This document shows, piece by piece, positions 49,247-61,362 of a DNA stretch of 64,000 nucleotides. Each line of letters starts with the position of its first letter. The first letter of the stretch is position 1. The position numbers were made by a program, and so were the translations under genes. Below the pieces are notes generated by a model. That model had not been told where the DNA came from. It worked only from the letters and a program-made list of their open reading frames with translations, and searched no databases. This stretch comes from Protoeuglena noctilucae (taxonomy: Eukaryota): assembly GCA_958009085.1 (NCBI GenBank), contig OY253687.1:496001-560000 (forward strand). Reading direction: 5' to 3'.

Positions 49247-51004
49247 ATGCAGCCCGCTGCCGGTGGGTTTTTCGCCTCGCGCTCCCCGGAATGCGCGCCC
49301 GGCCCCAGTGCCCCGGCGCCGCCCCTTTTTCCGAGGGCCCCCGCGTCGCGTGCCTTCCCGTTGTACCGGACGCGTGACAGCCAACACCTGGGTATCCACG
49401 CGGATCGGTGGGCGCATCCTCGGGTCCATCCGTACGGGAGATCGTCATTGCCATGGGATGGTCTGCACGGTTCACACGGGGAGCGGGCTGCCCGACGGGA
49501 CGTCGCGGCGCGGCGGACGCATTGTGCAGCCTTCGATGCTTTCGATGGTAACCAAGCGCCGGAAGGGGCCGAGGCCCAGGAGTTTCGGCTCCCGGGGGAG
49601 AATGGTGCGGGCGCGCCGGGCACCTCAGGCAGCGGAGCGACGACGAGCGCGGGAGAGGAGCGCAAGCCTCCGGACGCCGACCATTCACCCGTCGATCTCC
49701 CCCGTCGGCTTCAGCGCGCCGTTCGGAGGGCGCAGGCGTTCACGAACGAGGTGAGTGCACCCTGTGTCCGGTGTCCTGTGCTGAGAACCGGACGAAGGCT
49801 GTGCGGTTGTCCGCTTCAAGCGGAGATCCTGACTGTGCTCGCGGGTCGCGCCCGCAGGTCTTGTCCGACCTCCGGGGCGACGTTCTCATGGACCGTCTCG
49901 CAGCACGTTCGGTGCCCTGGACGCTGTGGTCCGTGGCCCAGGTGCTCTTCAGCTGGCTCGTCGCATTCACGTGCATCGGGTGGTGGGCCGTTCCGTGGAT
50001 TCTCGGCCTGACGGGCCAGACCAGGTGCGCAGCCCATGCCGGTGTAGCCAACGCGACAGGGCTGTCCCTCCTCCCCTGCCCATGCCACGGCGCGACACCC
50101 TCGCCCCTGGCCCTGCCCCGCAGGTACACCATGAGCATGCGAGGGCAGGCCCTCCTCCACCTCGTGTTGGACGTCTGGCAGTGCATCATGACCATGTTCA
50201 TCCTCTGGGCGACGCTGCGCCAGCACAAGCCCCTCCAACTCGGCATATTCCCCTTCTCCCTCAAGCCCAGGCGAGGGCGACTGCTCGCGAGGGCCACTGT
50301 TCGCTCGCACTCCTTGTCACCGGCTGGTGGCGCCCAGCGTCTCACCGACTCCACCGGAGCCCCCGTTTCTTACAGGACCTGGCTGCCGTACGTGCTCCTG
50401 GGCCTCTGCTCCTTCCCCTTCATCGAGGGCCTGTCCAACATCGGCGCCGACATCTTCCCTGACGAGTCCGAGGCCTGGGCCCACGGGCTGGGGGAGACCC
50501 TCCTGTCGTGCGACCCGATCACCGCCGGGTCGTATTTCCTCGTGGTGGCCGTGTGCGCACCCCTATGGGAGGAAGTCATGTTCCGGGGCTTCCTCATGCC
50601 GAGTTTCGCCAAGGTAAGCCGTTTCGCTCGAATGCACGGGCGCCCGGGCCGGCCTCGGTGGTGCATCGCACACGCACCGTGAGTAGGACCCCTCTTTGTG
50701 TGCCCCTGCAGTACCTCAAGGTCCCAGGCGCCGTGGTTGCCAGCGCCGTCCTCTTCTCCATGGCCCACTTCTCCCTCTCCCGCTCCCTGCCCCTCGTCCT
50801 TCTCGGCGCCGTCATTGGCGTCCTCTTCGCCGCCAGCAGGTGCGCCAGGCAACATGAGACGTGCATGCATGCCCATGCGCTCGCTCTGCGCCGCATCGCG
50901 ACCCCGCGTTGTACCCTCGACGCAGGAACCTGACGACGGCGGTCGTGCTGCACTCGCTGTGGAACTTCTGGGTGCTCATCACCATCGGCGGGCGCGTGGC
51001 ATGA
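49247..51004 (+). CDS. CPBP/Abi (CAAX prenyl protease type II-like) intramembrane protease, probably plastid
   Basis: APLWEEVMFRGFL, FSMAH, LHSLWN motifs. Start inferred. Confidence 0.88.
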
Positions 51005-51354
51005 CCTCTGGCGCCAAAGGTGCGCAGCACGGCAGCGGAGCTTGCAGCTATGTTGATTCACGCCCAGATCCTCTCCTAGCAACTCTTTTTGAACGGTCAT
51101 CGACGCAGCTGCCAGCGCATGCTGCCACCCCGGCAGATCACCCCAGCACCATTGCAGTCCAAGGTACGCCTGGACTGATTCGGTGACGCCCAGTTGCGCT
51201 GACGTGTGATCACGGGTGACGTCATTTCTGGACAGCTTTTCCAGGGTCTGGTGTTACTGATTTCGCACATTTCAGCATGCACAGGGTCGTTTATATCAAG
51301 CTCCCCGCTGTCCTAGCCTAGTGCTTTCTCTACGCTTCGTGAGGGCGTCGAGTC

Positions 51355-51387
51355 TGCTTCCGATCAGTGTAGCGTTGAGATAACGCT
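51355..51387 (-). terminator. Putative snRNA 3'-end formation element: hairpin AGCGTT-ATCTC-AACGCT + ACACTGATCGGAAGCA
   Basis: Identical 16-mer and covarying hairpin also follow U1 (27746-27777). Confidence 0.75.
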
Positions 51388-51391
51388 GGTG

Positions 51392-51514
51392 TTCCCTCCC
51401 TGAAGGGAGAGGAGTGAGCCCACAAACTCCGTGATACGCCGTTTGGAGTAATTCCTCGGTTGTATTTAGTAAAAGGCGAAAGACAAGTACGCCGAGTGTT
51501 TACTCTGGCGTGAT
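51392..51514 (-). ncRNA. U5: U5 spliceosomal snRNA
   Basis: Invariant loop I in TCTTTCGCCTTTTACTAAA; nested stems ACGCC/GGCGT, GAGTAA/TTACTC, CTCGG/CCGAG; Sm-like AGTTTGTG; 3' stem CTCCC-TTCA-GGGAG. Confidence 0.93.
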
Positions 51515-51540
51515 AGAGGTCATTAGTTGTCCTCCAGCCA

Positions 51541-51595
51541 CTTATACTGGGGCCCCCAGGGTCCGAGGGGATGCTGACCGAGCGGGGGCCGGGCC
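51541..51595 (-). promoter_or_regulatory. U5 snRNA promoter: USE-like box (51580-51593), CGGACCCTGGG (51555-51565), TATAAG (51541-51546)
   Basis: Same motifs and same offsets as the U1 promoter. Confidence 0.85.
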
Positions 51596-51817
51596 GGTCG
51601 CGATGAGCTAGCGCTGTCCGGCGTCCTCCACGTGTGATTTTCTTATTTCAAAAGCGATGTCGGGAGCGCCGCAGACGCCACACCGGTTCCTGGCGCCCGT
51701 CGCACGCGCCTTTGGGCCGCCGTCCCACCCCGCCCACGGCATCGCGCGACCCCGCTCAGAGTGCCGGGGTTCAACATGCTCGCCGGCGATTGCCCCGGCT
51801 AGGCCACACGGCCCGCC

Positions 51818-53204
51818 ATGGACAAGAGCGCGTCAAAGAAGCGCCGTCTGGAGGCGCTGGGGGCCGTGCTGGGCAAGGGCGGGCCCCAGCGACCTCCCGT
51901 CAGTGCGTCTCGACCCCCGCCGGAGAAGGCGCGGCCAGCCCCTCGCGCCAGCGTCCCCACCCCTGCCCCCACACCCGCCCCGTCCGCCCCGCGCGAGTCG
52001 GACGTCGCATACCGTCGCCTGGACTCCGATGCGCTGCCCGTCCCCGTCTCGCGCGCGCTGGCGTGGCCCGACGCTCGCGCGGGGGACCCCAAACCCGCGC
52101 CCAAGCCCGGCCCCTCCATCACGTCTCGCCTGGCCACCCTCTTCGCTGCGTCGGCCCCCGCCCCGCCCGGCCCCGCCCCGCTTGCCGTCCCCGACTGGCT
52201 GGAGAAGGCGTCGTGCGGCCCTCGCGGGTGGGACTTCATGTCGGGTGTGCTGGAGGGCCTCATGCAGGGGTCCATGGGGGAGGCCAAGGCCCGCACCGAG
52301 ATGCGCAGCAAAATTGCCGAGCGGAGCCTCCTGCTCGACAATCCCGTCGCCGCGCTCGGCTCGGGCCCCACGCCGAAGCGGCAGACGCGGCGGCGCCTGC
52401 TGCGCGGGAGGGCGGCCAAGGCCGTTGCGGTGGGGAAAGGTGCGGGTGGCGAGGGTGGGTCACCTGGTTGGTTGGCGGCCGGTTGGGCAGCCCCCCTGCA
52501 GCTCCGTCACGCACCCTTCCTCGCCATGCGTCCCTGACGTGTTCTGCATCCATGTAAACCCCTGTGGCGCTCTCTTGCAGGCCATTCGGTGCCCTGGGAC
52601 GCGGCCGTGGCCCTTCGCAAGTCGTGGGATGCCTACGTGCACCCTATGCTCGTCGGAAAGTCCGCCGAGGACGCTCAGAAAGCTCTGTACGCGTCGACGC
52701 TCGTGGGAGCGCCCCTATGCATCACGCAGGCGAGCCGCTGCGACCTCAGCCCTGGCCACGGCCTGGCATTGGCCACGACCTGGCATCAGCCCCGACCCTG
52801 TCCGGCCCGTCCTGGCCTTACTCCCTGGAGTCCAGTCTGCTATCTGCTGCTCTGCGTCTGCCCTACGCTCTTCGCCAAGCACGCCTCTGCCTTTGCCACC
52901 GCAGAGCAGGGACCCCGCGCTCGCTGGGCTTTTGGGCATCGTGCTGTGGGAGTCGCGAACTGCATGGCACATTGCGCTGGATCCGTCCCATGGTGCGCCA
53001 AGTGCCACTCCGGGGGTTGCTGCTGGGCCAGGGGCGATATCGAATACGGGGGCGTCGAGAGTGAGGGTGGTTCCTAAGGCCGGGACTATGGCGACAGTGA
53101 CCCTGCCAGGAGGGGCGGGCACGCCAGTGCTGGTGTTGCTGGCAGGGGACGGCTTGCTCGGACGAGTGCCCGTGCTGGGGCAAGCGGGAGCCGGGACGAG
53201 CTGA
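51818..53204 (+). CDS. POP4: RNase P/MRP subunit POP4/p29-like, 3 exons
   Basis: LLLDNP, ALRKSWDAYV..LYASTLVGAPLCITQ|SRDPALAGLLGIVLWESRTAW..VRVVPKAG. Confidence 0.82.
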
Positions 53205-53458
53205 GGAGAGCACAAGTCATTTCATGGTTGGATGCAAGATGGTCAGGGTCGTATGCGAGAGGTCCAAGGACGAGGCACAGGGTCCGCAGCTGCGGGTGAG
53301 CTTTCCAGGGCCATTGCACGGCTTGCCTGGCATGCCGGAGATCGCGTATGGCGATCATTGCAGCTTGGCCGCTGCCACATGCGCACGTTGCTGGTCTGTG
53401 ACCACAGTGAGCGACGAGGGCCTGGCAGTGGGTCGGCCTCGACGGGCCGTGGCTGTGG

Positions 53459-53584
53459 CTCGCAGCAATGTGACATGAAGTGCCGGAGCGATGTTCAAGG
53501 GTTCACGTTAAGGCCAGCTGGGTTGGCCTCGACATGAGTCCTTATGGAACATGGCCCCTGCACTTCATGTCACGCCGCCGCGAG
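53459..53584. ncRNA. Long unbranched hairpin (pre-miRNA-like) between convergent genes
   Basis: GTGACATGAAGTGC (53470-53483) pairs perfectly with GCACTTCATGTCAC (53560-53573), and pairing continues to a 3-nt loop. Function is inferred. Confidence 0.55.
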
Positions 53585-54131
53585 GTGATGGGAGCAAGGG
53601 CTTCCCTGAGTAGTTTATGCCAGAGGTGTGTCGTGAGCGGACACGATCGTTGCGATGCGCAGGGTGGCTGCATTGGGCTGCTGCAGCGCCATTGCTGCTT
53701 AGGCGTGCGTGATGTGATGCAGCTGAGGTGCATAAGGCGCGGTGAGTGTGCTGCCAGGCTAGGCAGGCTCGACGCCGGTGCAAGGGACGTTGCGTGCGAG
53801 AGCGTGGGTTTAGGGCACGCAAACACAGCCTAGAGGTCAATTGAAGATGGATTAAAGGTGTACGCGATGCATGGTGGGGCACGTGCGACCTCGCATCCGG
53901 GGTAGCAGACGCAGGGACAGAGATGGCGTTTGGCTTGGCAACCAACTCGGTTTCACATCGTTCGCGCCTTGGGCGTCCCGTGGTGGTAGTGGTCACGCTC
54001 AGCCCGGCCAGAGAAAGAGAATTGGCGCGTAGGCTCGGAAAATGGTAATGGTAAGGAAAGCCAAGGGCTGGGGATCCCCCAGGACGCAACGCAGAGAGCT
54101 TGCAGCGCCCGCTGATGGCTGTCAGCTCCCC

Positions 54132-57100
54132 TCACGGGAGGCTCCCCTCAACGCGCCCAAACGCCTCCATCCGTGCCGCCGCGAGCACCGACTCCTCCCG
54201 CCACGCCTGGACGCAGTCGGCGACGCCGCACGCGAGCTCCCACCGGCGGCCCGTGGGGTTGGCGACCTTCACGGCCGCCCCGACCACCACGCGCGCCGTC
54301 CGCATGAGCCCCGCGAGGGCCCGGGACGCACGCAGGAGCAGCACACGGCCCGGCCCCACCTCGCGAACCTGCGGGGGAGCGCAGGGAGACGGCTTGAGCG
54401 TGGCGGGGTCTCCTAAGCAGCTTTGGGGTACGCATCACACGGTCACTGCCATGCTGGCACGTTTGCACACAAGCACCCCACGTCTCGTGCGCATCCTCTA
54501 AAACGTGCTATTGTCGATTGCCGCGCTCACCAGGTTCTTCAGGGCCCTCTCCTCCGCCTCGTTCTCCGCGCCCTCCACCACCAGGCGCCCCGCGACTGCC
54601 TTGACCGGGGGCAGGGAGTTGAGGAAGCCGATGACCTGGTCGTCGCTGGGAAGGACGCTCGCGACGGCCGACAGGACCGCTCCCACCGGCAGGGACCGCT
54701 GGGGCGTCGCTGGGGCGGGCGCGTCCCCTGGCTGGGACTGGAGGAAGGAGCCTGCCAGGCCCATGGAGGCAACTTGGTCCTGCAAGGCAGGGTCGATGCA
54801 AGGCAGGTGTTTGCTGGGCGTACATGGCAGTGAGCAGCTGCGCTGCAGTCGTGTATCATGCAACGAAGGCAGTCACGTCATTGCAAGCTCGCTCCTCACA
54901 ACCACAATGGCTGCGGACGCCGTGGCTGGCACCTCCACCTCGGTCTCCGCCTCAGCCAGCTCGACGTCATCGGCCTCGTCGTCCGTATCCAGGGCGATGG
55001 GGTGGGAGGCGGGCGTGGTGTCAGAGGGGTGCTGCAGCTGCGGTCCAGAAAGAAGAGAAGTCTCTTAGGTCATGCACAGGCGCACAGCGCTTTGCCGCAA
55101 ATGGTCCCAAGTCCTTTACCAAACCGCAGCCAGCTTTGCCTTGATTCCTGCCCCGATGGAAGCCGCCGCTGCCGCCTGCCCTCACCTTGCCACCGCTCCC
55201 GCCCTGGTCGTCGTCCCGGCCCTCATCCTCGCCCTCCTCCGCCCTCGCGTCATCCACGCGGCGCTCCGCCTGCGCACCACCCTCCCCTCCCTCGCTGCCC
55301 TCGTCAATTGAGGTGACCGCCATGCGTGCCACCGCCCACGGTGCCACCGCCTCCCTGGCGGGCAGCCACAGCGCCGTCAAGGGCAGCGCGTGCGGGAACG
55401 ACGGGCGGAAATCCGCGGGCGGCCCGCGGCGCTCGGCGGGGGCCGCGGCAACGGGGGCTGCCTCGTCTTGGGCACGGTCGATGGGCGGGCCTGGGAGGTC
55501 GTCCCACGCGACACTCGCCAGCTGCTCTGAGGTGAAGAGGACCTCGTCCGCGTCCGCCTCGAAGGCGAAGGGGTCCGCGGGCGAAGACTCGGGGGTCGCG
55601 GGGGGCGTGAGGTCCTCTGCCGTTGTGGGCGCGGGTGCCGTGTGCCGCCCCGCATCGCCCGTCGCCTCGGCTGTCGTGTCGACCGTGACCTCGGCCGCCA
55701 CGTCCACCACCGCATCAACGGGAGACGGCTCGGGCGCGACGAGGTCGGGAAGCGGGGCCTCCGTCGCCGCAGCGTCCGCGTCCGGCTGCACCGACACCGT
55801 CACGTCCGCCAGGGGCTCCGCCGGAGCCGAAACTGGCGCCGGAGCTGCCTCAACGGTCGCAGGTTCCTCCGCGACAACCGGCTCCTCCACCACAGCCGGC
55901 TGCTCCGCGACGGTCGCAGGCTGCTCCGCCACGGTCAGCTCTTCCACCGCCTCATCGGCAGCCCTGTCCACCGCCTCGCTCGCGGCCCCAAGTGGCGTGG
56001 CCACCTCCTCCGCCACCGACCCCAGCACCGGCACCTCCGCCGCCCCAGCTGCCTCCGCCTCCGCCTCTGCAGCCGCCTTCCTGGCACGAGTCCGACGCTT
56101 TGGCTTCACCTCCACCCCCTCCGCCTCGCCGCCCTCCTCGCCCGCCCGCGCCTCCTGCGCCTTCTTGGCCCGCGTCCGGCGCTTGGGCTTCGCAGCTGCG
56201 CCCTCCTCGCCCTCGCCGCCCTCGGCTGCCTTGGCCTTCCTGCTCCGGGAGGCGCGCTTGGGCTTGGCCTCCGCCCCACCCTCACCCACCTCGCCCTCCA
56301 TCACCACAGGCACGGAGCTGTCCACCTTGCCACTTTCCGCATCGCTCCCGGCCGCTAAGTCCCCTTCCGCAGCCTTCTTCGTCCTCCGGGTGCGCCGCTT
56401 GGGCTTGACCTCCTCGCCCGCACCCTCGCCCGCACCCGCCGCCTCCCCCGCCCCCGACCCCTCCGCCCCCTCCGTCTCCCCCTGCCCCGCCGCAGCCGCG
56501 ACCGTCTTCTTCGCCCGCGTCCGCCGCTTGGGCTTCGCCGGCGCCGTCAGAAACACGGCCAGGTCCTCGTCGTCGCCCACCGCCTCCGCCACCACCACCG
56601 GCTCGCTCGCGGCTTTGCGGCGCGTCGCCCGGGGCTTCTTCACCGGCGCGCCGTCCTCGGTGACCTCCCCCGCGGCCTCCGCGTCCCCGGTTGCCTTGCG
56701 GCGCGTGGCACGGCGCTTCTTGGCAGGGGCGGTCGCCGTGTCTGCCTCCGTTGATAACTGCTCCCCATCGGAGTCCGACTCCTGCGCCACCTTGCGCCTG
56801 CCGCGCGTCCTCTTGGCCGGGGCCGCGGCCGGCGCCTCCGTCACCAGCACCGCCGTCGGCGGCTCGACCGCCACCGTCGCTGCCGCAGCGATCGATGCTC
56901 CGTCAGAGACCCCAGCCGCCGCGCCCGGCGAGGCCGCAGCGCCGTGCGCGCCCGTGTGCGCCTCGGCTGCGCCTGCTGCGGCCCCGTGGCCACTCGCACC
57001 CTCCGTTGCCTCCGCCACCTCGACCGCCGGTGGAGCTGGGGCAGCGACCTCTGCCACCGCCGTGGACGCCGTCGCGCTCACCACCACGGGGCTCCTCGGG

Positions 57101-57437
57101 AACACACGCCGCTTCCTCGGCTCGCCCGCCCCCGGCAGCGCCGCGGACGCGCCAGAGCCCCCCGTCAGAAACGACGTGTCACCCCTGGACGCTTGGCCCC
57201 TGGGGTCACGGGCGAGACGAGGACGCTTAGAAGGATGGTCAGTTGCTGGAAGCCATCGATGCTGAGACTATTACGATGCTTCTGCGAGGGTGAGTGCAAC
57301 AGTGCAACCCTGTGCGGGGTCATCGGTGGTCGTGTTGGGAGGGATGGGTCATGAGGGTCGGGTCAAAGGCCGTCACGCGCGCTTCCGGCGATCAGAGGGT
57401 GCTCACGCACGTCGCTCTGCGCCTTCAAGCTCAGCAT
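54132..57437 (-). CDS. Large low-complexity protein with 8 basic KPKRRTRAKK-like repeats and acidic spacers, unknown function
   Basis: About 2-kb open exon (ORF 55021-57105) plus downstream in-frame exons ending ..GRVEGSLP*. The first exon and start are uncertain. Confidence 0.65.
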
Positions 57438-57840
57438 AGGTGAAAGGAAAGGGCAGCACGCTGTGTGCAGCCGGAAACTGGCGACGCGTGCTGCGTGCTG
57501 CGTGTGCGAGAATGCGAGAAAGAGGAACGGCCAAGGACGGGGGCAACGCATATGGGTAAGAGTAGACATGGGCAAACACGCGGCTGGCATGGCTAGGGCA
57601 CGTGGCTGTGTGGGGACAAGTCCTGCCCTGGTTGCCCCATTCGCCCGTCCTAACGCAATCATGCTGTGGAAAAAGATGCAGTCATGGAAATCCAAGATGC
57701 ATGTCATCAAAGCTCGTGATGACAGCGAAAGCCCGCAGCCATAGCTGGTGGTGACATTGCTTGCCACCCGCCCCGCCCCACCAGCCAACGTGCCGCCACC
57801 CTATCCCACGGCGCGGCGAGGCTCGGCACTCCCGCCGGCC

Positions 57841-60113
57841 TCAAGCGCTGCCACTGCTCCCAGCCCCGCCCTCTGCGCCGCTGCCCCTGCCCCGGCCACC
57901 CCTGCGCCACATGTGGCCCCGCCCTGGCATCGGCTCTGTGGTGAACCCGGGCGGTGTGTGGAACCCAGGCTTTGCGCTCGCTTCCGGCTCCGTGTTGAAG
58001 GCCACACCGCCCTCCTTGCCCGCTGCCTCAGCCCCCATCTCAGACTCGTGCACCTCCACTCCCTCAGCTCCCACCTCCACCCATGGCCCTTCCTCTGACC
58101 CCACCTCCGCACCGGCCTGGTCCCCCGGCGCCCCGCTCTGCGCGCCACGCTTGCCGGGCTGCCCCTGACCGGCCACAGCACCAGCACCGGTGGCTGCGGT
58201 TGGCGCGTGGTGTGTGCCCGCTTTCTCGTCAGAGCGGACAAATTGAGTGAGGGTGAATGGCACCCAGACGACGTCGTGGGGATCTGAGGAATCCGAAGGT
58301 CGCATCGGGTCCGCAGGTGGCGCGGCCCGTGGGATCTCTGCGGGCGGGCCATGCGGGGAGGGCACTTCAGCGCATGCGTTGGTTGGTGCGCCGTAGCTCT
58401 AAGCAAGCTGTGCTGCGCTATGCTGTGCTGTGCAACGTGGTTTTATGGTAAGCAAAGCGAACCACGGGCTCAAGCGGCAGCTCGGCAAACGATCACTACC
58501 ACCCCACCACCATCACCGCCACCAGCTCACCGGACTTGGCGAGTCCCGGGACCGCCTCGACGATGTGGAGTTCGGGGCTGAAGCACGCGATGACCCCGTG
58601 CGCCTGGTCGGGCGATGGGCCACCGTGGGCCAGCCTGCCATGGGGTAAAGGAGGCCGAGCAGGCACCGTGCCACCGTGCCCAGGAAAGAGATGACGTGCG
58701 ACATGCGATACTGGTGGGTGTGCTGTGTGCTGGCATGTCTCTGATAGGGACTGTAGCGGGGCAGCTGCCGGTGGCAGACGACGGTAGACATGACAGCATG
58801 AGGCATACGTGTGTCATCGCGACGGTATGGCGTCCGAGCCCCTTATCAGGCACACAGCACACGTGCAGAGAACGTCAGGGCAGGGTGGGTACTCACGTGG
58901 CGTAGGGGCTGTCCTGCCAGGGCACGGGCTCGCTCCACTTCTGGCGCGTCACTCGCCACTCGTCGTTCTGTTCCTGCGACAACACATGTCGTGCGGTATG
59001 TGGGCTTGAGGTTCTCGGAGCTACCGATGCCGTCCGCAGTCACCCTTGGGAGGGAGGGCGTCAGGAACCCATCCTTGTGATTGGAACTCGCCTTGAAGAG
59101 CTGCAGGCTCATTTCGACGAGGTCGTCCCTCCCCTGGCACTGCTGGCGGACGCACACGGTGGCCCAGGCCATGTCGCCCCCATCACTGCACGTCAAGGCA
59201 GGCGAGCATGTCGGTCGGCCTCGCTGCTATGGGTTCCCAGCTGCCCGGGCAAGCGCAGGCGCGCGTGGATCATCTATGACAAACGAGCCCGTCATCTTTG
59301 CGGGGCTCGCCTGAGGCCGATGTGCTTGATGTCGACGACGTTCGAGCGCAAGCCCCTCATCTGCTGCAGCATACGCAGCAGCTCGCCACGCCCGAGGAGC
59401 TGCGGGCGATCGGGGCAGACGAGGTCAGTCGCGCTGCCGGATGCTGCGAGACTGCTGGCTCGAGCGTCGTATGCTCCAGCAGACTCACCCGTTCGCCGGG
59501 GAGCACCGTGACGGCGCCGGGAGACAGATACTGCTTCGCCCAGTCTGGAGAGCCGAACGGGACCTCCTCGGCCAGCGGCTCGTGCGCGTCGGCGCTGAGG
59601 AACTGCGGGCGCGTGCGGGCGAGAGATGGAGCGCGGGCAGCGTCCCTCGCGGCCCCCGAAGCTCCCCACGCTCGAATACGGCAGCAAGGTCGAGGAGGCA
59701 AGGCACGCGAGCGCTCTGCGGCGAGCTCGCGCGCGCGCACCCCATGAACGACGCGCGAGAGATCCTGGACGGTCTCGATGCGGCTCTGGTGGAAATTGGC
59801 GACCTGCGAGCGTCACAACAAGGCATGGGACAGTTCGATGAGGCAAACACGACCTTAGAGATCGATCCCGGCCCCATGTGGCCCTCGCACATCGGCCCCA
59901 GGTTGGCCCAGGCGGCACCGCGCCAGGAAGCGCCGCACACTGCCTGTCCCAGTCTCATGCTCAGCCGATTCTCACCTGTAAGCTTCTGGCGCGGGGTCTC
60001 GCGTCTCGGGAGCTGGGGGGGAGGAGAACGGGGCACTTGGGGGCAGTGCTCAATCGCGTCCGGGACGGCAATGCCGGGCGAAGAAGGCGCCCGATATTGT
60101 ACCAGGAAAGCAT
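57841..60113 (-). CDS. Organelle-targeted protein with NTF2/SnoaL-like (DUF4440-type) domain
   Basis: Hand-spliced MLSWYNIGRLLRP..SLQ|VANFH..YLSPGAVTVLPGER|LLGRGELL..IGLS|DGGDMAWATV..SLQLFK|EQNDEWRVTRQKWS fits the SnoaL strand pattern. It needs two GC-AG introns. Confidence 0.65.
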
Positions 60114-60662
60114 ACGCCAGCCTCGAGTGCCTTTATATGCACTCTTTACCTCGTTGTGACGACGCGCGACACGGCCCTGCCGCTGAACCGCGTCGAGGGC
60201 TGGCTCCGCGACATCATCTCGCGTCCTCTGTTAAGGTAAAGCGCGTGGCGCGTGAGCAGCGCACCAGGGGGGGCTGGGGTGGCAAAGGACAGCTCTGCTC
60301 GCTCCGAGCTCAAAATCCGTGAGGAAAGGGACGCATGCGACGCGTGTGGTCGACGACAATTGCGTCTTACAAGGCCAACGGGATGACGGGGAGGCTGATG
60401 GGGGCGGGGGCGAGCCAAACTTGGCAAACCCTGACCTAGGGTCACCCCGGCCGGACATCTGAGCGCATAACTGGCCCCCAGATGACCCAAGTCAGTTCGC
60501 ATGAACTCTCCAACGAGCAGCCGTGCGCCGTGGAGTCCACACCTCTCGTCCCCAGCCACCCGGGCGAGTCAGGCGCGGATCGAACTTCAACGGTGCCTGC
60601 CAGGCGGGCGTCTAGTTTGCCCACAGCAGCCCTTGCTGCGGTGCCACACCAGGGGAACCTGC

Positions 60663-61362
60663 TCAGGGGTTCACCACGCGCTCCACGATCGCCGAAACGA
60701 TGTGCGTCCGCTGTCGCTCCGCGAACTGCTTCACTTCCGCGATCTGGCCCCGCGCCTCCTGCTCCAGCCGCGTCATGTTGGCGCCCGAGTCCGTCATGCT
60801 CTGCGCATCAGAGGCCAGGCGCTTGAATGGGTCTCAGCAGACGGCGCATCGCAAGGTCGCACCGCCAACCTGCTCCCGCGTGTCACCTGCTGCGTCATTG
60901 CCTGCAGCTGCGAGTCCAGCTGAGCCTTGAAGGCGGCCACCTCCCGCTCCGCCTGCTCGTGCGCCTGCTTCACCTTCTGCGCCTTGGCTGCGGGTGCGCG
61001 ACGGGGCGGGGCGGGTGCGTGGCGACGGGCGGGGCGAGCAGCGGCCTGCCAGGGTGGGCAGCAAGGCGAGGAAGCTATGACAGTGCCAGGTTACGAGGAT
61101 CTAAGCGCGGAATCGGCGGGTGCGGGCGGGGTGCGCGCCCCATTGGTCCCAGCTCGCAGGCTCGCCAACCCGCGCCCCCTCGGCGGAAAGCGTGCGCTTT
61201 GCATTCGCCGGCAGCTTGCGGACGTCCGTTCGCCGCGAGGGGCGTGCGAATGGCGGGCGGAGACCGCGCCAGGGGCGCACCTTCCCGGGCCCTAGAGACC
61301 GTGGCCTGAGCGTTCCGCTCCGCCTCCATCAGCTGGTGGATGGGGTCCTGCGAGCCGTCCAT
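60663..61362 (-). CDS. VHA-G: V-type H+-ATPase subunit G, 3 exons
   Basis: IHQLMEAERNAQATVSRARE..KAQKVKQAHEQAEREVAAFK..DSGANMTRLEQE. Confidence 0.9.

Noticed and set aside
51130..51300. Scattered U1-like words (GATCAC, ATTGCAG, CATTTCTGGA) and TTTATAT
   Set aside because: No U1 5' end, no consistent helices, and no shared promoter or 3' cassette.
55187..57265. 692-aa plus-strand ORF and many other long overlapping ORFs in the track
   Set aside because: Antisense shadows of GC-rich coding exons, where stop codons are scarce.
3053..61362. Two V-ATPase subunit genes (F and G) in one window
   Set aside because: They are 57 kb apart with many unrelated genes between, so there is no evidence of a cluster.
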